A stretch of DNA of 64,000 bases from Neodothiora populina (lineage: Eukaryota). Made by a program: the position numbers and the translations under genes. Below are positions 58,420-64,000 of the stretch, in pieces. Location of the stretch: positions 2,108,001 through 2,172,000 of the forward strand of contig NW_027191404.1 in assembly GCF_041146345.1 (NCBI RefSeq). The letters run 5' to 3'. Below the pieces are notes generated by a model. It saw only the letters and a list, made by a program, of their open reading frames with translations. It was not told the origin of the DNA and did no database searches. Within the stretch, counting starts at the first letter, position 1; each line of letters begins with the position of its first letter.

Positions 58420-61400
58420 TCACATGATTGTGCACTCGGCCTCGTCTCTCTTCTGGTTTTGCCGCAGACGTCCATCGGGAGGTCTAGGACGACTCTTGCT
58501 TCCCCCTTTCTTGAGCTCTTCCAGTCTCTCTATAGCCTTGGGAAAGTGGAATGATGCCGCTCTGGCGTACCATCGTTTGGCATCTTCAAGATTTGCAGGG
58601 CAGCCGATGCCATTCTCCGTGTAGTAACCTGACGCCATTAGTCTTATCCAGAAAGTAGATGGCCTTGTCATGACTCACCCATCGCGAACATGGCCTTGGC
58701 CTGCGGGGGCTCGCCTGAGGCTGCCTTCCTTGCCCACAGATAAGCTTCCGTGTCGGAGTGCTCCAATATACCTTCAACCCCAGTAAGGTACCTGATTGGT
58801 CCATATGTCAGCAAATGATAGACACCAAGGCGCGCATGATATACTCACCAGCCGGACAACGACAGCTCTGCTCCATGATCTCCTTGCGCCGCAGCCTTGG
58901 AGTACCAAGCGATGGAATTTCTTGGGTCAGTCGGGAGGCCTAGTGATCCATACTCATATGCCTGACCAAGTCGGTACTGTGAAGCCTTGTAGCCCATCTT
59001 CGCAGCTCTTATGAACAAATCCCGAGCGTACTTGTCATCAGCCACAATCTTGTCTCGAACCGCAGGATCAACATTGGTCGACTCGTGGAGAAGAGCAAGC
59101 TCATGCAGCGCACGAGGATTATCTGTCCTTGTTTGTTCCACCGCTTTCTTTAGCCAGACCACTGCTTCAGCTACGTTCCTTGGCTGGCCTAAGAGACCCT
59201 TCAAGAGAATGACACCTAGCTTGTACATTGCTGCATCGTCCTGCAATTGAGCAGCACGGCGGTACCACTGTACAGCCTTGACTGGATCTTTTCGTGTGCC
59301 TCCTCCCTCCTCTGGGCCCATCTCACAACACACGGCTGTTCGATACGCCGCTCCCGCATGTCCGAGCTTTGCAGCAGCCAAGTATAGAGAAAAGGCTTCC
59401 TTGGTATCGATTTCGAGACCGAGCATGCCTTGACCATAGCAATCGGCTAAGTAGAACATTGCCTCACTGTAGCCAGCTTGGACCAGACGTTTGATCCTCT
59501 TATGCGCATCCAATATGTAGCGCTCCCGGTTCTTGCTTGTAGCCTTGGCGTCCAGGCGTCCGTTCTCTGAAGCAAGCACTACTGATGCCTCAACAAGCCT
59601 CTTGGCCAAGTACAAGGCAGCTTTGTGATCAGCAGGGTTTGCATCGACCTTCGTACGCAGATGTGCCAGTTCTGCAGGGGTGACAGGCAGAGGCCGTTCG
59701 TCTGTGGCCGTCGTATCAGGCGGAGCAGACTTTGCTAATGACGTTGTTGATGTGTTAGACGTCTGGTCGTACTGACGCACTGGTGCAGGACGAGCGGCTT
59801 GCGTAGGCACAGGATCTGTCAGTCCAGGTCTGACGGGTACAGGGTGATGCGGAAGAGCGTCAGGGTGACTGGGCTTAGCCGGTTGTTGAGCCCCACGGGC
59901 CGGTGGTGGTTTCATGTCGTGGCGTGGAGGCTGTTGTGCTGCATAGGGTACAGCGGCAGGCTTGACTGGCACTGGTACTTGCTGAGATGGTCTTTCTCTT
60001 GCCTCTCTAGGATCCCTTGCACCATTTGCACCGGGTAAAGGTCTTCTGTTTGGTCCCGTTGGACCCGGGTGGGCTGAATAGCCAGATTGGGAAGCCGGGC
60101 TTGCTCGAGGCATACCGTGTTGCGGAGGTCGGGGTGCTTGCGCAGACATTGGCCCTCTGAGAGGCGGAGGAGACATGGTTGAGGGCGGTGGCGGCGAAGC
60201 AACACCGTACCCTGCGCCGTTCGGTGGTAAACCACGGGGCTGTCCCTGGTACGGCCCTGGAGGATAACGCGGGTCCGGGGGCATTCGAGGATTGGCCATA
60301 GCTTGTGGAGGTGGGCCTCGACCGACAGGTAAGGCTTCTCTTGCATATTGAGGCCCTGGGGGCGGCGTTGGTCTCGGCTGTCGTGGATCTCGTGGCCCGG
60401 CCTGATCATTGGGAGGCTGGTGTCGCCATTGGTCCTGAGGGGGCGATGGGACTGCTACAGAATGCGCGATAGGCGGGCCGCGACCAGGTTGAAAGCCGTG
60501 CTGCCTTTGTGTATCGTCATATGGCAAACGTGACGGAGGCTGAGCACCCACAGGCGGCGGGCCAGTGTAGTCATAAGATCTTGAAGGTGCGGACTGCTGT
60601 TCCTCTCCAGGTATGCCGAATACAAATCCAGTGCTTTCCGGACCCATTATCTCTGCTTCATCAGGTTGCGGAGAAGACTTATATACAGGCTTCTTGTACA
60701 CAGGAACCGATGGTTGCGCGTGCGCGCTATAGTCATGTGATGGCAGAGGTGGGGGTGGTTGGTTATTGGCCGGGACATCGTTCAAGTGTTGATCAATCGT
60801 CAAACCCCTTTGATGAGCGCTCCTAGATTTGGGCTCTTCCGGTACATTGTCGAAGTCCGGCATTTCCGATTCGATCTGTTCGGCTCTGATCATACTTGCA
60901 GTCTGAGACCTGTGGCTTGGCGCCTCGGAGTAGAAGGCTGCTTGTTGATACTCTCGCCCTGAAGAGTTCTGGCGGTCATCAATCCAGGGCCTGTCGGGCG
61001 GTGCCATCGCGCGAGCACTCATAGGGGCGTGAATGGCTTGCTGATGATGCACAATGGGCTTTTCAGTCGCTGTCGCAGGCCGCTGTGCAATAGTCGGGCT
61101 GAAATGATTAGCTGCGGCAAATCTGGGACGCTGTTGTCCAACTCCCGGATCCGTAGCAATGTGTTGCAGGGGCGGTCGCAACCCGTGCTCAAAGTACTGA
61201 TCGTCGTTGTAGCTGCCTTGAGCTGGCTGACTCGGAGGATAGTGTACCATATGAGGACCATTCACCGGACTGACTTGATGCCGTTCCACATGTCCGAAAC
61301 GCTGCTCTACGGACAGAGAATCCGTGTTGAGATGAGGCAGGATAGGCCGTTCTTCTGTGAAAGAGAGTGTTTTCTCGAAATAGTTCACAATAGCTGGACG

Positions 61401-62450
61401 CGAAGAAAGCTGGTGATCTGACTGTGGTGGGCGCTGTGCATGTCCATTGGGTTCGTCGTGATCCGAGCCAAAACGATCTCTTCGCGGAAGCGTGCTAGGT
61501 GGAGGCATCGGATTTGCTGCTTCGTCGGTGTGTAAGAAATGCTTACTGGATGCAGCTCCTGCTGTGGACGGACGCACAGGCTCGATGTCGGAGTCTCGAC
61601 TGCGGACACTATGCTCGCCTGTGCTGTCCCTGATTCTTGCCTTGTCAGACTCTTTCTTGGTGGGAAAGGTAGGGAATGCATTGTCCTGTGGTATCGTTAC
61701 TGGAGAAAAAGCTTCAATAAGGGGCTTCCGTCGAGCAGGGGGCGCCGATTTTTCTCTGGGTTGTTGGTGATGTTTGTTTTGTCCGTCGCGAGGGTCGCGA
61801 GGACCACGGGGATCCCGACCCCTTTCAACGGGCATGTTTCGAGGATCGCCCGTCGCAGCATGTCCATTCACAACAGGCTTCGGCGCATGGCCGAGTCTTT
61901 GAGGGGGTGGTGGGCCAGATCTGGCAGGTGGTGCTTGGCTAACGTTCTCGCGAAGCGGTTCGCGCATCTGTTGTTCTTGCTGCTGCTGATAGTGATGTGG
62001 TGGGGACATCGGTATGCTCTGGGGAGGCTTATAATGGGCTTGCGTGGAACTGTGTGGTTGATCGTAACGCTGATCGTATTGCGTCTCATAGTGCTGGGTA
62101 GGCCGTTGATCATATGGCTGCTCATACGACTGATCATAGGACTGGCCATGAGAACGACCGGCTGGTCCGTAGCCGGGTTGATTCGCACCGTGGCGAGTGT
62201 AGTCATCTGCTGGTCGTTGTGGGGGATAGCCATTCACTTGCCCATACGCTGGTTGCCGGCTGTAGTCCATCCGTTCCTGGTCATAAGAGGGCTGGCCGTA
62301 GCCGCGATCGGCGTAGCCAGTCTGTTCGGACATGGCATGGTTGAGGGTAGGGCGTTCATAGCTCGGCTGCATGTAATGTGGTCGCGGACCTTGTTGTGTG
62401 AAATAGGGCCTACTGGGAGGCTGGTAGTGAGAGTTTGAATCGTAGGCCAT
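58420..62450 (-). CDS. SEL1-repeat chitin synthase activator (Chs4/Skt5-like) with long Pro/Gln-rich N-terminus and CaaX
   Basis: Exons 62450-58849, 58791-58679, 58628-58420; SEL1 repeats (EAMFYLADCYGQG, AAYRTAVCCEMG, AMYKLGVILLKG, SQYRLGQAYEYG, ELSLSGWYLTG); ends CTIM. Confidence 0.9.
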
Positions 62451-64000
62451 CTCGAATGACCTTGTTTCTGGGTGGAAAAAATGCAAGTGGGCATGCGTAA
62501 TAGCAGATCTGCGTCAAGGAATACAAGTACAACCAGCTTTCGAGTCAGGTGGTTTCACGAGCGGCCAAGTATGGGGGTGCGAAAGGCTGCTCTACAGTCA
62601 GAAGCTAAGGGTGACAACAAGGCAAAACCCAGCTTCCTTGAGAATGGTGACACTTGTGACTTGTGAAGAGAAGGGAACCGAGCGTGCGCCGATATAGCGA
62701 GCTACAGTGCAGGACAGTACAGTGCCAGTAAGACAGCAAAGAAGTGAAGACAGTGACACGCGCAGAGGCCAGCCGGCGGCTATGGATTGGCGATCTGAAG
62801 TGCAAAAGGGAGTTTATTGTAAATGAGTGACTAGAAGGCCTTCCAGACTCATGTGTGGTGATGCAACACACTCACACACGAGCGCGCCAATGGAAAACGG
62901 GAGAAACGAGAAAATGAAGTCAAAACCTGGTGCGCAACCACAACTCCGTCGCCCACATGCGGCGGTAGACTTGAGCAATAGCTAGAAGTTTGACATTAGT
63001 ATCAGCCCTACGCGTTTGGAACGAAAGCGCCGAAATAGAAGGACCCGATTCACGCGTGAAGTGGAGAATTGGACCCTTCGGCTCAGCCCCATGGCGGCTG
63101 TTGCTGCGTCACTAGTGTGCGGCAATGAAGGCAATGACATTTCTGTGCTATGCCCGGGGGGCGGCGGTGCTAAAACATCATGTCAAGTTACCTGGGTACA
63201 CATATACGAGCATCTTCAGGCATCAACTCAACTCAACCCTCTCGACTCCATGTAGTGCTTCACGCATCCCACGCAGCAAGTGCTGCGGCTGAGCCATTGC
63301 GTAAGGCAAGTGTTGTGTGCTACTAGTAGCTCATGTCCAAGGCAGGGAATGAGCTTTACGGTGGGGGCGGCATCTGTACTGCAACACAATTGCACTGCCC
63401 TCACAAGGCAGTCTACTAGTCTCCGTCTACGCACCCATCAGTGACTCTAATGCAACAACTGGAATTCGACAGTTCAGCATGCTTGCGCTGTACCTGTACG
63501 GACAATGTTGCCGCGTATGTGGATGGACGTCATCTCCAACGATCTTTCCTCAGTGTTTCCTTGCTTACCTACCTTATCTCCGCATACAAGTTGTACACTA
63601 ATGGCCCCCACGAAGTCTATAATAGAAGCGTGTCGTCGAGATCTTGAGATCTATATCCTCTCATCGAAGCATTGCATTACAGACCAGACCTTCTCTGACA
63701 TCCCTAGTCCCTATCCTAAAATCTTTCACGTTTTCACGAGCGACCATGACTTCAGGTTACGCGGAGGGTGTCGTCGAAAGTGCGCCAGGACAGCAAGACA
63801 ACTATAACCCCCCACCATATAATCCACAGGACTACGAAATCGCCCCAGCTTTGCCTCCCCGAAGCGGTGTCGAAACGTCGGTGCAGTCAAACAGCTTGTT
63901 CCCACCTCCACCTGAACGTCCTGGTAGTTTCCAGTCAGCACATTCGGATGTAGATGTTTCCTCGCCTGGCCATTACACGAGAGATCCTCATAAGCTCACC

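Noticed and set aside
62500..64000. ORFs and a possible element at the window end
   Set aside because: No recognisable coding, repeat or RNA-gene signal; probably promoter or UTR sequence.

Overview
Gene-dense, intron-containing fungal genomic DNA (filamentous ascomycete; GT/GC-AG introns of about 50-250 nt with CTRAC-type branch points). It holds about 22 housekeeping protein genes: DDB1 (3' end only), CHM7/CHMP7, RAD18, TRS85, a CCA1-TTI2 fusion, MTR3, ERG6, SLT11, MZM1, a USP-domain protein, a GPR89-like protein, a bZIP factor, SEC4, NCA2, ERG25, an SRPK/SKY1 kinase, a GRIP golgin, LNP1, SMC5, ARG5,6, an MFS transporter and a SEL1-repeat chitin synthase activator. I saw no transposon, tRNA, rRNA or CRISPR array. 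Two signals missed by the ORF track stand out. (1) The CCA-adding enzyme reads in frame into a Tti2-like domain, and a candidate intron at the junction would, if spliced, give a stand-alone CCA1. (2) A spliced non-coding host transcript at about 12.9-13.9 kb carries one box C/D snoRNA in each of three introns (snR55-like, snR61-like, and a long structured snR70/SNORD43-like RNA), head-to-head with the exosome gene MTR3. Smaller observations: two GC-AG introns, alternative last exons in the bZIP gene, and a recurrent non-coding GTAAGGTA motif. All gene and snoRNA names come from recalled family motifs; no database search was run, and exon boundaries were derived by hand.
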